DNA of 64,000 bases from positions 32,862,001 to 32,926,000 of the forward strand of contig NC_086108.1 in NCBI RefSeq assembly GCF_963921235.1, given 5' to 3'. Below, in pieces: positions 1 through 13,407 of the stretch (position 1 is its first letter; each line of letters opens with the position of its first letter). The stretch comes from Mobula hypostoma (lineage: Eukaryota). The notes under the pieces are model-generated. The model was not told where the DNA came from, ran no database searches, and saw only the letters and a program-made list of their open reading frames with translations. The translations under genes and the position numbers were made by a program.

Positions 1-394
1 CTATCATTACTTTGAGATCCAATTTATTTTTAAAAAAGAACTTAATAGTTGAAAAATATATGCCAGCATTTTGTTATTCCAAACAAATATCTTTAGTTTA
101 TAATTTCCACAACTGCTGCTACAATTCTCCTTTTTTTTAACTCGGGCATTAGGTGTTAAAACAAATCTAATGAATTTGCATTTTATTGTGTGTATCAATT
201 TTTTATTGCCTCATATATTTTGCAATGTAATGCTAAACAAAAATAATATAATCAAGTTGCCTTCCTATTCGTTAGTTTCATAAACTTTTAAAATGCTCTT
301 CATTAGGGGTTTGATCACAGGGTCTTAATTTAATAAAGGATACATTCTTGTATATTACTTTCCACTGAAGGCCCTTTCAACGCCTTTTGTGCAC

Positions 395-1856
395 CCACTG
401 AAAGAGAGAATAAAACCACAGCTATGAGGATCCCTGCTGCATCCAGTGACCCTGTAATCTGTCTCAGAGGGTGATGTCAGAACGTCATTGAAAAGGGAGA
501 ACCCTTGCAAGGCGACAGGCCCCAAATGATGCACCTGGTAAGGTTCTGAAAACCTGTGCCAACCAACTGGCAAGTATGTTCAAAGACATTTTCAATCTCT
601 CATTGCTACGGACAGAAGTTTCCACCTGCTTCAAAATGGCAACAATCATACCAGCATCCAAGAAGAGCAGGGTGGGCTGTCCTAATGACTATCGTCCAGT
701 TGCACTCATATCTTCCGTGATGAAGTGCTTTGCGAGTTTGGCTATGGCTAGAATCAACTCTTGCCTCAGCAAGGACTTGGCCCCACTGCAATTTGCATAT
801 CATCACAATAGGTCCACAGTAGATGCGATCTCATTGGCTCTTCACGGAGCCTTGGATCATCTGGGCAATAGTAATTGTCAGGCTGCTGTTTATTGACTAG
901 AGCTCAGCGTTTAACACAATCATTCCTACAGTTCTGACCAAACAGCTCCAAAACCTGGGTCTCTATACCTCGCGCTTAAACTGGATCCTCGACTTCCTCA
1001 CCAAAAAACCATAGTCAGTGATGTGACCGGGTCTTGAATTACCCCTATGAAATGTGCTTTTGAAAAGAGAGAGATAGAGTTGTTCAACACAGACACCTTG
1101 TTAAAAAGAGAGAGAAAGAAAGAGAGAAGCGAAGACTGCTCACAGTTCGTTTATACTTTCTGCAAGGACACTAGCAGCTTCCAAGTTCTTACAGAGAGAG
1201 AAGGGAGGAGCTGCTTGATGGACAGCTAGTAGTCAGCACGGGAAGATAAATAGAAGGTCAGCTGTTAGACCTACAGACACATGGTTTTGGACACTGAATG
1301 AGCTTTATTGTGCCCACAGAAAAGGTGGGTTTTGGAGGATCGATCAGTGGCTCTCGCAGTGTGAAAAGGGTGTGACCGGTGGGGAGTTAATCGTGTGTCC
1401 AACCCTCACCTAGGTTGATAATTCCACCACAGAAGAATGGTCCCCTTTGTTGTAGTCACAGTCGGTGACTTCGAAAGGAATTCGGAGGACAAGGGGAAGA
1501 TCGATGGCGTCAGCTCACCTGAAGACCCAAATCTCTCCCTCTCTCTCTCCATCACTACTCAACTAAATACCACGAACTGAACTGTACTCATCATCGTAAG
1601 ACTATCTATTTACCCCTAGACGTGAAGAAGCTTGGTTTTCATATATTTCCACACATATATATAATCATTGCTAACCCGTTTGCTATATCTGATTTTATAT
1701 TACTGTATTGCGTATTTAATAAATACCATTAGTTAATAGCAATACCAGACTCCAAAGTGTTTCCATTTCTGCTAGTTCTTTAAACCGTCACGGGGTACAT
1801 GACAGTGAGGATCAGAAATAACTTCTCCACCTTGCTGATAATCAATACTGGTGCAG
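395..1856 (+). mobile_element. Rex1/Babar-type LINE RT fragment, interrupted by a solo LTR
   Basis: FKDIFNLSLL...TIIPASKKSRVGCPNDYRPVALISSVMKCF...PLQFAY is the RT start typical of this clade. The sequence resumes after 1804. Confidence 0.8.
1022..1804 (+). mobile_element. Solo LTR (783 bp, TG...CA) with 4-bp TSD GTGA
   Basis: TGTGAC...ATGACA termini, GTGA at 1018-1021 and 1805-1808, AATAAA at ~1718. The host LINE is continuous once it is removed. Confidence 0.8.
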
Positions 1857-1889
1857 CTTAAATATATCTGCTTAACCTACTAAGCATGA

Positions 1890-2675
1890 CAGTGGTTATA
1901 TTTGATTCAGAGCTTGAGGAGAATTGATAGAAAATCGGAGGGGCAGAGCGAACGGTGACCCCTCTGCTTGCATCTTTGGAAACAGCTCTGTTTCTATCAT
2001 TGATATCTCTTTTTTTTCCTCTTCAAGATTACACCCTGACTTTGGTTCTTTGCGAGAATGGGACCTGCTCTCAGGGCCTCACGACTGGCCGCTTTGTGAT
2101 ATCCCAAGGACGTGGCCTGGAAGACTAGCGCGCCTTCAAGGTGCCGGATTTTCGTGGCTCTGGAGACGGGTTGATTCTAGGCTGATGCCCCTGAATTAGG
2201 CATCGCGGGAGAACACGGAAGCAGTGGGTTAGCTGACATGGGCTGTGTGTCTGAGGACGACTCTCTGGGCGCAGAGCTCTGAAAAAGTGACACAACAGAC
2301 TTTTAACATCATAAATCAGCGAGCTATTTGTTATGTCTCCCCTCTCGCTATGAAACAGAGTCACCTCTTTTTCCCTTACTGGGGAGAGAGAGAGCCCGTG
2401 GTATGTCGAATTACCGGGTGAACGAGTCATCTTTGGGGGTACTGCAAGTCTGTGTCTTTATTGATGCTTTACTGCATGCTTGAGTGCTCGGTGGAGGGTG
2501 CTGATACTTTTTTGCTGGTGGGGGTGGAGGGGGGAGCTGAGGGGTTGCTTTGGGGATCTAATGTTTAACTGTCATTCATTCTTTGGGGCACTCCCCTGTT
2601 TTTGTGGATGTTTGCAAAGAAAAAGAATTTCAGGATGTATATTATATACATTTCTCTGACATTAAATGTACCTAT
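1890..2675 (+). mobile_element. Non-autonomous retroelement with Rex1-like 3' tail (second copy at 46995-47750)
   Basis: Clear homology to the inverted copy at ~47 kb. Ends AAGAATTTCAGGATGTAT...(ACCTATTGA)2. Confidence 0.65.
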
Positions 2676-3200
2676 TGAAACCTATTGATATATCACCAAG
2701 GGCACTTGCAATTTTCTACAGATGTACCGTGGAGAGCATTCTAACTTGTTGCATCACCATCAGGTATGGAGGGGCCACTGAACAGGATTGGAAAGAGCTG
2801 CAGAAAGTTGTAAACTCAGTCAGCTCCATGATGTACACTAGCCTCCTAGCAACCAGGACAACTTTAAAGAGTGATGCTCATTGCTACTATCAGGAAGGAG
2901 GTACAGGAGCTTGAAGGAACACACTCAGTGATTCTGGAACAGCATTTTCACCTCTGCCATCAGATTTCCGAATGGATGCTGAACCCATGAAGACTATCTC
3001 TACTTTTTTTCCCTGTTTTTGCACTACTCATTTAACTTGTGTGTGTATATACACACATACACACAATACACTTATATACACTTCTTACTGTGATTTAGTT
3101 ATTATATATTGCAATGTAGTTCTATTTCTTATGTTCTTAGTCTGTCATATAACAACAAATTTTACAACATATGCCAGTGATATTACACCTGATTTTAACA
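2676..3200 (+). mobile_element. Rex1/Babar LINE 3' fragment
   Basis: LAIFYRCTVESILTCCIT.. C-terminal ORF remnant plus 3' UTR. Confidence 0.7.
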
Positions 3201-3208
3201 CACTGCTA

Positions 3209-3560
3209 TTCATTCATTCAGGTGCCTTGCTGTTCAGCGTGGGCGGTCATGTCTTCCCATCCATCACGGTCGCTGACCCTCCGAATTGTAGCTGTTGCCT
3301 CCCCTGTTTCTAACCACGATGTTATTCCATCTATCATTTTCATTCTCTGTTCAAGCCTCTGCCTCTTTTTCCTTCCAGCTTTCCAGTTGTAAAAAAATGT
3401 TCTAATGTCTCTGTTCGCATGATGTGTCCAAAGAATTTTGATTGCTGTTTTCTGATTTTTTTAAGTAATGTACGTTTTGTTTTTGTTCTCTGTAGAACTT
3501 CTTCGTTGGTTATCCTGTCCGTGTATGATATGCTCTGCTATAGAAGATGCAGTTCATTTG
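3209..3560 (-). mobile_element. RTE-clade LINE 3' fragment
   Basis: The minus strand reads QQSKFFGHIMR..LEH..TTGKLEGKRGRG and ends in a (TGAA)n tail. Confidence 0.65.
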
Positions 3561-4219
3561 GAAATTTGGAGATATTCTTATGTGGGAGATTTGATCACAA
3601 TGAATATGGGCAGGATGCATGAAACTTCAGTATTTACGTAGTTCCTAACAGACCAGAGATCGAGGATGGAAACCAGGATTAAGACTGGAATGCAAACGAA
3701 GACATTGTGAATTGGGATGAGGCCTCCTCCACAAAACTAAGCGAATGTTAAAGCCCTCCTTGGTGAATCAGCTGCTAAGATAAGAAAGACATCAGCAAAG
3801 CAGAACATTACAAGGAAATCCTTATTTGTAAGCTGATCAGCAGCAACCATTGCAGCATTCAAAGCTAGAATCCCACAGGAATGACAGTGAGAAAAACTGA
3901 ATAACTTTTTTGCCATTTTGCTCCTTTCACTTAATCATTTTTTTTTCAGATTCATTCCTCACCTCCTGAAATTATTTATTTTCATATAGTCCTTTCCAGT
4001 ACATAAGTGGACAATGATTACAATAAATAATTTCTACGCATGGTTTGCTAACTTCTGCAAGAAAAGGTGGCATTTCATACTCCATTTTGGTTTCAAACAT
4101 TCCAAAATCCTGTGTTACCTCAGCCAAATATGGAAGCAGGTTTTGACCGCTTGGAAGGAGAAAAGAAACTACAGCAATGCAGCATTGACACCAAATTGAT
4201 AAATTTGCTTATTACTCCC

Positions 4220-5370
4220 ACATGTACAGTGAAAAATTTGTCTTGCATACTGTCCATACAGATCAATTTATTCCAATGGTGCATTGTAGAAGGTACAAGG
4301 TAAAATAATAGTAGAATGCAGAGTAAAGTGTTGTAGTGGAAGTGCAATGCAAGTAAACAGTAAGGTGCAAAGTCACAATGAGATAAATTGTGCGCCAAGA
4401 GATCATCTGATCGCACGAGAGAGTTTATAAAAGCAGGATAGACTACGTCTTTGAGCCTGGCTGTATGTGCTTTCAGGGTTTTACTCAGCCCAATGGGAGG
4501 GGGAGAAGAGAGAATATCTCGGGTGGATGGAGTCTTTGATTATTCTGGCTGTTTTACTGAGGCAGTGGGAAGTGTAGACGGCGCAAGGAGGGGAGGCCTG
4601 TTTCCATGACGCACTGATCTATATCTGCAGTTTCTTGTGATCATGTTGCCATACCAAGCTGGGATGTAATGAGAGGATGCTTTCTATAGGTGCATTAATA
4701 AAAATTGATGAGGATTAGGAGGGACATGCCAATTTTTTTTTTGCTTTCTGAGGAAGTAGAAGCACTGGTGAGCTTTCTTGGCCTGACAAGCTATTAGTGA
4801 TGTTTACTTCGAGGAAATTGAAGCTCTCAACATCAGCACTGTTAATACGAACAGGAGTATGTGCACCTACCCACTACCTGAAGTCAATGTGCAGCCAAAA
4901 TTGAGGGAAAGGTTGTGTCATGGCACCCTGTCTCTTTCCTTTACTTCAACTTAAAATTTATTTGAGATTCAGCCCATCTACAAACTTGCAGATATTATTA
5001 CAGCAGAATTTGGCCATACAGTCATGAGTGCATAGGGAGCAGTATATGGGGGTTGAGGTCATAGTCTTGTAGGAGCCAGTGATGAGAATAATCATGGGGG
5101 AGGTATTGCTGCCTATCCTTACTGACTGCAGGTTTTTGCTGAGAAAGTCAAGGATTCAGTTGTCAAAGAAGGTGTTGCATCATAAATCCAGGAGCTTGGA
5201 GATGCATTTACTTGGAATTAGAGTGTTAAAGACAGAGCTGTAATCAATGAAAAATAGTGTAACATTTCACTGTCCAGATGCTCCAGAGATGAGCATAGAG
5301 CCGGGAGATGACATCTGCCAAGGATCTGTTTTGGCAGTAGGTGAATTACTACGAGTCAGGGTTGTCTGGA
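4220..5370 (-). mobile_element. Old Rex1-like LINE fragment
   Basis: Degenerate similarity to 5641-7260. Confidence 0.55.
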
Positions 5371-5640
5371 GTTAATGTGCATGTAATGTGTAAGCCAGGG
5401 AATCGGTAGTGGGGCAGAATATTCAGAATAGTCTTTCAATGCCTTGATTCAGTAAAGCACACAGAACTCATAACTCAAACCATAGGATATTTAACATGAT
5501 TACTTTTCCAAGATGGAGCAGATTATAGTTATAAAGTAAAAAAGATGAGTGTTAAAAAATTCTGGTCAATCATAATATTGCACTTACAAGTTTGATTTAA
5601 ATAATATGAATAAACTTGAGAGGATTTGTGTTACTATCGT

Positions 5641-7260
5641 ATCAGAATCAGGTTTATTATCACGGCATGTGATGTGAAATTTGTTAACCTAGCAGCTGCA
5701 GTTCAATGCAATACATAATCTAGCAGAGAAAAAAAAATAGAAATAATAAATAAACAAGCAAATCAATTACATATATTGAATAGATTTTTTAAAAAATGTG
5801 CAAAAACAGAATTACTGTAAATTTAAAAAAAGTGAGGTGGTGCCCAAGGATTCAATGTCCATTTTTAGGAATCAGATGGCAGAGGGGAAGAAGCTATTCC
5901 TAATCACTGAGTGTGTGCCTTCAGGCTTCTGTACCCCCTACCTGAGGGTAACAGTGAGAAAAGGGCATGCCCTGGGTGCTGGAGGTCCTTAATAATGGGT
6001 GCTGCCTTTCTGAGACACCGCTCCCTGAAGATAAACTGGGTACTTTGTAGGCTAGTGCCCAAGATGGAGCTGACTGGACTTACAACTTCCGCAGCTTATT
6101 TCGGTCCTGTGCAGTAGCCCCTCCATAACAGACAGTGATGCAGCCTGTCAGAATGCTCTCCACAGTACAACTATAGAAGTTTTTGAGTGTATTTGTTGAC
6201 ATGCCAAATCTCTTCAAACTCCTAATAAAGTATAGCCGCTGTCTTGCCTTCTTTATAACTACACATCGATACGTTGGGACCAGGTTTGATCCTCAGAGAT
6301 CTTGACACCCAGGAATTTGAAACTGCTCACCCTCTCCTCTTCTGATCCCTCTATGAGGATTGGTATGTGTTCCTTTATCTTACTCTTCCTGAAGTCCACT
6401 ATCAGCTCTTTTGTCTTACTGACGTTGAGCGCCAGGTTGTTGCTGTGGCACCATGCCACTAGTTGGCATATCTACTCCTGTATGCCCTCTTGTCACCACC
6501 TGAAATTCTACCAACAATGTTTGTATCATCAGCAAATCTATAGATTTTTTTTGAGCTATGCCTAGTCACACAATCATGTGTATATAGAGTAGAGCTGTGG
6601 GCTAAACACACACCCGAGGTGCACCAGTGTTGATCATCAGTGAGGAGGTTATGTTATCACCAGTCCGCATAGATTGTGGTCTTCTGGTTAGGAAGTTAAG
6701 CATCCAATTGCAGAGGGAGGTACAGAGGCCCAGGTTCTGCAACTTCTCAATCAGGATTGTGGGAATGATGGTATTAAATGCCAAGCTATAGTCGATGAAC
6801 AGCATCCTGACGTAGGTGTTTGTGTTGTCCAGGTAGTCTAAAGCTGTGTGGAGAGCCATTGAGATTGCGTCTGCCATTGACCTAATGTGGTGATAGGTAA
6901 ATTGCAATGGGTCCAGATCCTTGCTGAGGCAGGAGTTCAGTCTGGTCAAGACCAACCTTTCAAAGCATTTCATCACTGCAGATGTGAGTGATACCAGGTA
7001 ATCGCATTAAGGCAGCCCACATTCTTCTTCTTAGGCACCGGTATAATTGTTGCCTTCTTGAAGTAAGTGGGAACTTCCCCCCATAGCAGAGAGAGGTTGA
7101 AAATGTCCTTGAATACTCCCACTAGTTGGTTGGCATGGGTTTTCAGAGCCTTACCAGGTACTCCATTAAGACCTTCTGCCTTGCGAAGGTTCACTCTCTT
7201 TGAAGACAGCCTGACATCGGCCTCCGAGACAGAGAGATCACGGGGTCATCAAGTGCAGCA
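5641..7260 (-). mobile_element. Rex1/Babar LINE, 5'-truncated (RT to 3' end)
   Basis: [33 protein letters not shown] and [23 protein letters not shown], frameshifted, with a (GATTCT)-type tail at 5641. Confidence 0.9.
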
Positions 7261-7614
7261 GAGTTTTAGCTTATCCTTTCCAATGTAATGGCACACAAAA
7301 CTGCAACATCAGATCAAAGGCGACTTTTTGGAATCACGTGGAGTATGTTGCTAAGTCTTGGACCCTTGGTAGTTTCAGAAATGATTGAGAACTGAGTCAA
7401 ATTTTTTACAGCTCTGAGAATGATCACTAGAGATTTAAAACAGACTGGTGATGATAGGAGAGCAACCCAAAAGTGCAACCACCAGTGCTATTTACCCTCC
7501 TGAGTGAGGAACTATTAAGTGCAGAAACCAAATCTTGGGGTTTGGGAGTGGGGTAAGTTTTGAACGTGGATTGACAATTCAACTGTGGCTTTCGAAGGGG
7601 TGGCTGGAGATCCA

Positions 7615-7680
7615 CGGTACCATGCAAAAGCCTTAGGTACATATGTATCGCCAGGTGCCCAAGACTTTTCCACATTACTG
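7615..7680. mobile_element. ~66-bp Tc1-type hairpin MITE, copy 1
   Basis: Imperfect inverted repeat (GTACCATGCAAAAGCCTTAGGTAC...GTGCCCAAGACTTTTCCACATTAC). Confidence 0.55.
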
Positions 7681-8084
7681 TAGTAATTTTATGTATCGCA
7701 CTATACTGTTGCTGCTGCTGCAAAAAATTTTTTTTCTTAACATACAGTGATGATAAATGTGATTCTGATATGGGTGTCTATTGGGGACGGATGATGGGAA
7801 GGGGACAGGGAGAGGGGAATCATGGTTGGGAAAAGGAAGAGAGGGAAAGGAGTAGGGAGAACCAGAGAGACATTTTGTAATGATCAATAATTCAATCGTT
7901 TTGAATCAAATGACCTTGCCTGGTTTCTCAGTGCTGGGTGCTAGGTGTGAGTGCACACACTCCACCCCCACCCTGGCACTCCTCCTCTGCTACATCCCTC
8001 CTGCAGCATCCCACCCTCACCACTCCCAGCTTCCTTTGTATCCGACAGATTTGCACACTTGCTCTCTGCTTCACGTTGACAAGT

Positions 8085-8151
8085 AAGTACTGTCCAGAAG
8101 TCTTAGGCACCCTAGCTATATAAAAGCGCTGAAGAATTTTGCACAGTAATG
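8085..8151. mobile_element. ~66-bp Tc1-type hairpin MITE, copy 2
   Basis: AGTACTGTCCAGAAGTCTTAGGCAC...GCTGAAGAATTTTGCACAGTAATG, followed by TA. Confidence 0.55.
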
Positions 8152-8426
8152 TAGCATGGATAGAGATAGAGAAAGATTAATAAGTAGATTATAGTTTAGA
8201 TAGGTTAAAGTTTATTATTGCAATCTCCTTGAATTCTACAACAAAAACTAAAACTTTCCTTTTGGTTAAACTCAGCATTAGGTGTCTAAAATAAAGTTAA
8301 TGAATTTGCTTTTTATTGCATGATACCAACTTTATCTGCCTCACTTGGTTGCACATATTTTTCTTTTATTTATAAACTAGATTTGTATAGTTGTTAACAC
8401 TGAACAAAGTATAATCAACTGCCCTT

Positions 8427-8513
8427 GAAGGGTCCCGGCCTGAAACGTCGACTGTACCTCTTCCTAGAGATGCTGCCTGACCTGCTGCGTTCACCAGCAA
8501 CTTTGATGTGTGT
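8427..8513 (+). mobile_element. Penelope-derived short element (partial hammerhead motif)
   Basis: GAAGGGTCCCGGCCTGAAACGTCGACTG..., flanked by TGCCCTT (8420-8426 and 8514-8520). Confidence 0.8.
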
Positions 8514-10379
8514 TGCCCTTCTTACATGTTAGTTTCATAAACATTTAAAATACTCTTCATTTGGAGGTTTGAATACAGGGTGTCAATTGGTGCTGTGCAA
8601 GAACTTGCGGGGAGTAGGAGTAAATATGCACGCTTTAACCAATCAAAGTGAACCTTCCTCCCCTGGATTCCCAATACTGTCCTCGACAGGACCCTTTTAA
8701 ACATCACTGCTGTTAGCCTAACAGTGCTATAAACCTGATATTCCAAGAGTGATCAACATTGCATATCCCTTAAAACTATACATGTTTGTATGCTGCCTGT
8801 GAAATTAGGTCCAGTAGGAAATAACTGAGTTTAGTCCTAAAAAGTACAGGAGAAACTGCACCAGGCAACTGCATTCTACAGTAGGTCCAAGGCCCTCAAT
8901 TACAGTGCAGTAGCACTTTTCAATACTGTAATTAAGTGAAGTGGGATCTTTAAATCTGAGCATATTGTCTGAAAGATTTTTTAAGTATTCAACAGGGAAT
9001 ACACAAAACAAAGGAAGTTCACATTTTTTTATTGTAGAAAATAATTTAGGAATTAAATGTAAATACATTTACATAGTTGCAACAATGATTAACAATTAAA
9101 AAAGATTACCATAATATACCCTATTTTTAGAAGATAAATAGGGGTTTCTTGAAATCGGGAATCATTTATAACTAACAAGAACTAGGAAAACAATGTTACA
9201 AGCAAATATAAAAAAATCTTTCCTTCTGATTTCACCACAAAAAGTGATAACCTCCTGATTAACTGAGACATTGCAATCAGAGGTACCAATTAGCAGACAT
9301 TTATTTGACAGATCACTTCTGATGCCACAGTCTACAAAAAAAGGACTTCCCAAATTCAGAACAACCCCAGAAAAGACTTGCAGATGGATAGAACCCCTTG
9401 CTGTTGCATATTAACAATTTGCTCAGTGCATTGCATTATTTCATATCACTTCGGATTTATTTAAGAAATCTCTCTCCAATATGACCTCACTTAATATCAC
9501 TCAGGATTTTTTTTTCTAATCAGGGAACTACATAAGAAAATCAATTAATGCAAGTCAGGAGACTGGCCCTATTTCACCAGTCCAGAAAACCAGCCTGTAA
9601 CTTCATAAAGCATCATACTTGGATTATAATCCCTTCAGTTTGGAATGAGTCAAAGCAAAGTTGTGTTGAGGAACTTCTTTACAAAGCCCCTTTTGGACTA
9701 TCAACTATCCATTTGATAATTCCCACTTTCAAAAAATTATCATACCCAAGAGAAGGCAAACAGGAATGCATTTTAAATCAATAAGCAAGCTCACAGTAGA
9801 ATCAAAAACTAACTAAAAAATTGGACAACAAAAATGGGGCAGGCAAGACAAGATACCGTGAGATGGGGCAATTATCAATTATTAAAAAAATAAATGATGC
9901 ATTTTTGTACAAAAAAGTTACTACAGCACTGATACTTATTATCATTTTGATAGTTATATTTGAAGTTCTTTCAAGATTGAGAGAATAGTGACTGGCCTGT
10001 TCACCAAGTCTAAAATATTCTGGAATTTATGACTATTCAAAGCTATTTGGAGTTTGGCCAAACTGTGATGGGAAAATGTAGTAGTCAAATCTATTCCTGC
10101 AGGCACTAAGTAAAATAGCAGGTTCAGTCAGAATTCAAAAAGGAAATGTTGTGCTTCCATTAGTTTATTTTTGGAAAAGCAACAAATACATTCACAGAGT
10201 CATACAGCCTGCAAAAGAATGGTTGAATAATAATTGGATTAGGATGGTTGATTTTTGAATGGAATGCTAATCCTGAGATTTGCAATAGCACTACAAACAG
10301 AGTTTGTTTAGTAAGCTTCAAATAATCTTGCATTACAACACAGGTGTAACTTTTCACATAACATTATTTTCTAAGTATA

Positions 10380-13033
10380 AGCATTTATTACTGTAATTAA
10401 CTGTTCCATAAAAACTTTCATTTTATTTCCTAAATTACACAGCACAAATATACTTTAGATATATGACTATATTTCAGAACAGGTACACAAGTACAACTAC
10501 ACACCACAAATACTAGGTTCACAATAGTGTAGCTTTGTGTTATGGAAAACCAAAGGTTTATTTCATACATACCAGAACCATTTTTCCCCTCAGTTGTCGA
10601 CTTCATAATTCATATTAAAATGTTTATTGAACACTTTAGCTGCCATACCGAAGATCATAATTATAAAAACAATGTCAACATAACATTTTTCATTTACTCT
10701 TGAAAAAAAGTCAAAAGCTAGTCTCAAACACAATAAGATCATTGGTATTTCAGCTGAGTGTAAAACAAGTCTACTCAAGTGGTATGAAAAAGAAAAACCA
10801 CAGCAGCTTACACTGAGCGTAACTGCATCTGTATATTGCTGGTATAGTCCATATTTTTAACTCATCAGGTTTAACTTGGCATGTTATTAAAAAGGTTTTA
10901 ACTTCACAGTTTGTAATACATTCTGTGCACTGATTTGAAGGCAACAACTTCCTTGCTAGCTATTTGGCACATCCGCAGTATATTTTGGGAAATCTGTAAA
11001 CCTCTCAAAATATAAACTAATATTTTTGACCACAGCAGGATGTGCTGGTGAATATGGGGTAAGTCAATTACCTGCTGCCTCATCTAATGGACAAGAGCTA
11101 CAGCTCTGTCAGCCGTGCTTGTCTTGCGGAAATATACATAACTGTTATATAATAAAACAAGATCAATTTACTCTAAGTTGTAATTCAGCAGAGAAAAACA
11201 ACAGATGCAGCAGTTGTACGAATACAAAAATCAGTACTGCCACAGGTAAACAATCATTTTACATTGTACATGCTCAAAGTAAGAAGCTGATCTTGAATCT
11301 CTATTAACATGGAGGACTTGAGGTTCTGTAAAGTCAAAGATGGTCACCAAGTGTTGGAACTACTACAGTTGACAGTTAACTAAAAGGGTTCTGCAAGGAA
11401 GATATATTTTGCACAATAGTTATACCTAAATATTTCCTGCATTTGTGTCATATGTTTTGAAACTACCTGGTCAGAGGCAGTTTTGGGATAGACATTTTAA
11501 TAGGATTTTAAAAAAAAATTCTGATAGGAATAATGATTAAAATTCAGCATTCCCCATTCATAACAGATCACAGTAACTGCCAAGAATAAAGGCACTGGCT
11601 GGGGCTCAACTACTTCACTGAATAAAGAAGAAAAGCAATACATGAATAAAATGAAGAGACATTTAGATCATCGTTGGGTTCATACACAAAATTTTGTTTT
11701 ACTAACATATGTGGGGACAGGAATAAAAAAGGGAAGGCTCCTGAATGTTATGAACTATTACATTTTACACCGTGATTTTTCACTCTATAGCTGGGCAAGG
11801 TGCATTAGTTATTCCTTGGACAGAAAGCTTTATTTTAGGATGGCCAATTCCCAGACATTGCGGGCTTCCCTCTTCTAGCACACAAGATATGACAAATAGA
11901 ACAAGATCCACATAGTTAAACTTTGACCATTTAAGGGAAAAGCTGTAAGTACATTATACAATAAATGAGTCGCTAGTCGCGGAAATAAACCTCTAGCAAC
12001 CAAATGAGAAAATTGTTCTGATTCAAAGTAGTACTCACTGGGTTTCAGTTTTTAAAGTGGCGGTCCACTAAGTGGCAAGACTTTACAGGGGTCCTAATGT
12101 GAATGAGTCCATTTCTTAGTAATCTACTCAAACATTTTAAGAGTTCGCTGCAGCAACCTCATCTACCATTATCATTTCCTGACAGAAACTTAAAGACAAT
12201 ATGAACAGAAAAGGGGGGGGGGGGTGGAAGCAGGAAGGAGGAGGAAGAGGGAGAGATGTGGGTGGACAGAAAAGTAATGAGAAGAGTAGTTTGGTTAGTC
12301 ATACCTACAAACCTCAAACCAAACCTTTGAACAGAACTCTAAGAAAAAGAGACGAAGCAAGAGGTTGGCAGATTGGAAGAGGTGGGATAGAAAAAGAAAA
12401 ACTGATACACAAAGATAAAAAGGCACAAGTAAAAACAGCCAGAGAGGGGGAATAGTTTAAAAGGTGTCACAGAAGGAAGCAAATCATCTGGAAAAAACAA
12501 ACCAGGTTACAAAAAAAAATTGCATGAACATCAGATAGACAGCCATTTACCTTTTGAGGGTTATCAGTCAGTAGATGTATACAAAGGAACAGATAGGAGT
12601 GCACCAGAAAAAAACCCACTACAGGCAGTAAAAATATGATCAAGACAACGTCCTGTTGAGAAAAAAAAGTTGGTTTGAATTTCTGACAAACCCAAAAACA
12701 AACATTATTGCAAAATCAGGCAGAATAGTTCCCAATTTTTTGGTTAAACCTCAATTTAAAAACACAATATTTTGCACATACCTAATTGAAAAGTAATTAC
12801 AAGGAACAATGGAAAATTAATTTATTTTTGTTATTTCTGAATTTGAAAAAAATATATAATTTACAGATTAAGTTTCATGCTAAACAGAAATTATGTGAAA
12901 CACAAGTACAGAAGTCATAGAAAACCATGAGCCAAGACTGGTTTTGTCTCTGTCAATCTACATATCAGATTGAAAATATAGTACCTTTGTTGGCTGGATA
13001 CATAAAAATTAAACATTTTGCACTACTATTTAT
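10380..13033 (-). other. PLPP6: Probable PLPP6 3' UTR
   Basis: TE-free AT-rich sequence after the stop codon, with minus-strand AATAAA at ~12821-12826, ~10557, ~10422 and ~10384. The true end is unknown. Confidence 0.35.
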
Positions 13034-13407
13034 CTATTTGAGTCCCCATAATCTTAGGAAGGTCTGCAGGTTATTGGATGACAGCCACATATATTCCACC
13101 AGGGTAAACTGTAAATACCCCATGATAAATCCGCAAAGAACATCCGTCACATTGTGTCTTCCTAGCATCACTCTTGAGAGTCCCACAATGAACACCCACA
13201 GCACGACCAAAATGCGAAGTGGAACAGCTAAAACCAAGTGATTAAGGAAAAATCGACCTCCCATCGCTGCTCTTGTTGCATGTCCTGATGGGAAGGAGTA
13301 TCTGTCCACAGAAAATGTAGCAAACATATCCATCCTGTTGTGTGTGGGGCGCCGCCTGCGGACCAATGACTTGACAATTCCAACCAGGACCAGGTCTAAG
13401 ATTAGAG
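13034..13407 (-). CDS. PLPP6: Phospholipid phosphatase 6, coding exon 2 (PAP2 catalytic domain, stop TAG)
   Basis: Acceptor TTTCCTTGTTTAG| ends at 13408. G+CT gives Ala and an in-frame [18 protein letters not shown]1 [10 protein letters not shown]2 PSGH and C3 [12 protein letters not shown] are intact, as in PLPP6 (PLPP7 has degenerate motifs). The joined CDS is 481+374=855 nt, i.e. 284 aa plus stop. Confidence 0.95.

Noticed and set aside
11036..11058. Possible plus-strand micro-exon (CACAG|...GGG|GTAAGT)
   Set aside because: No partner exons or recognisable product. Such site pairs occur by chance.
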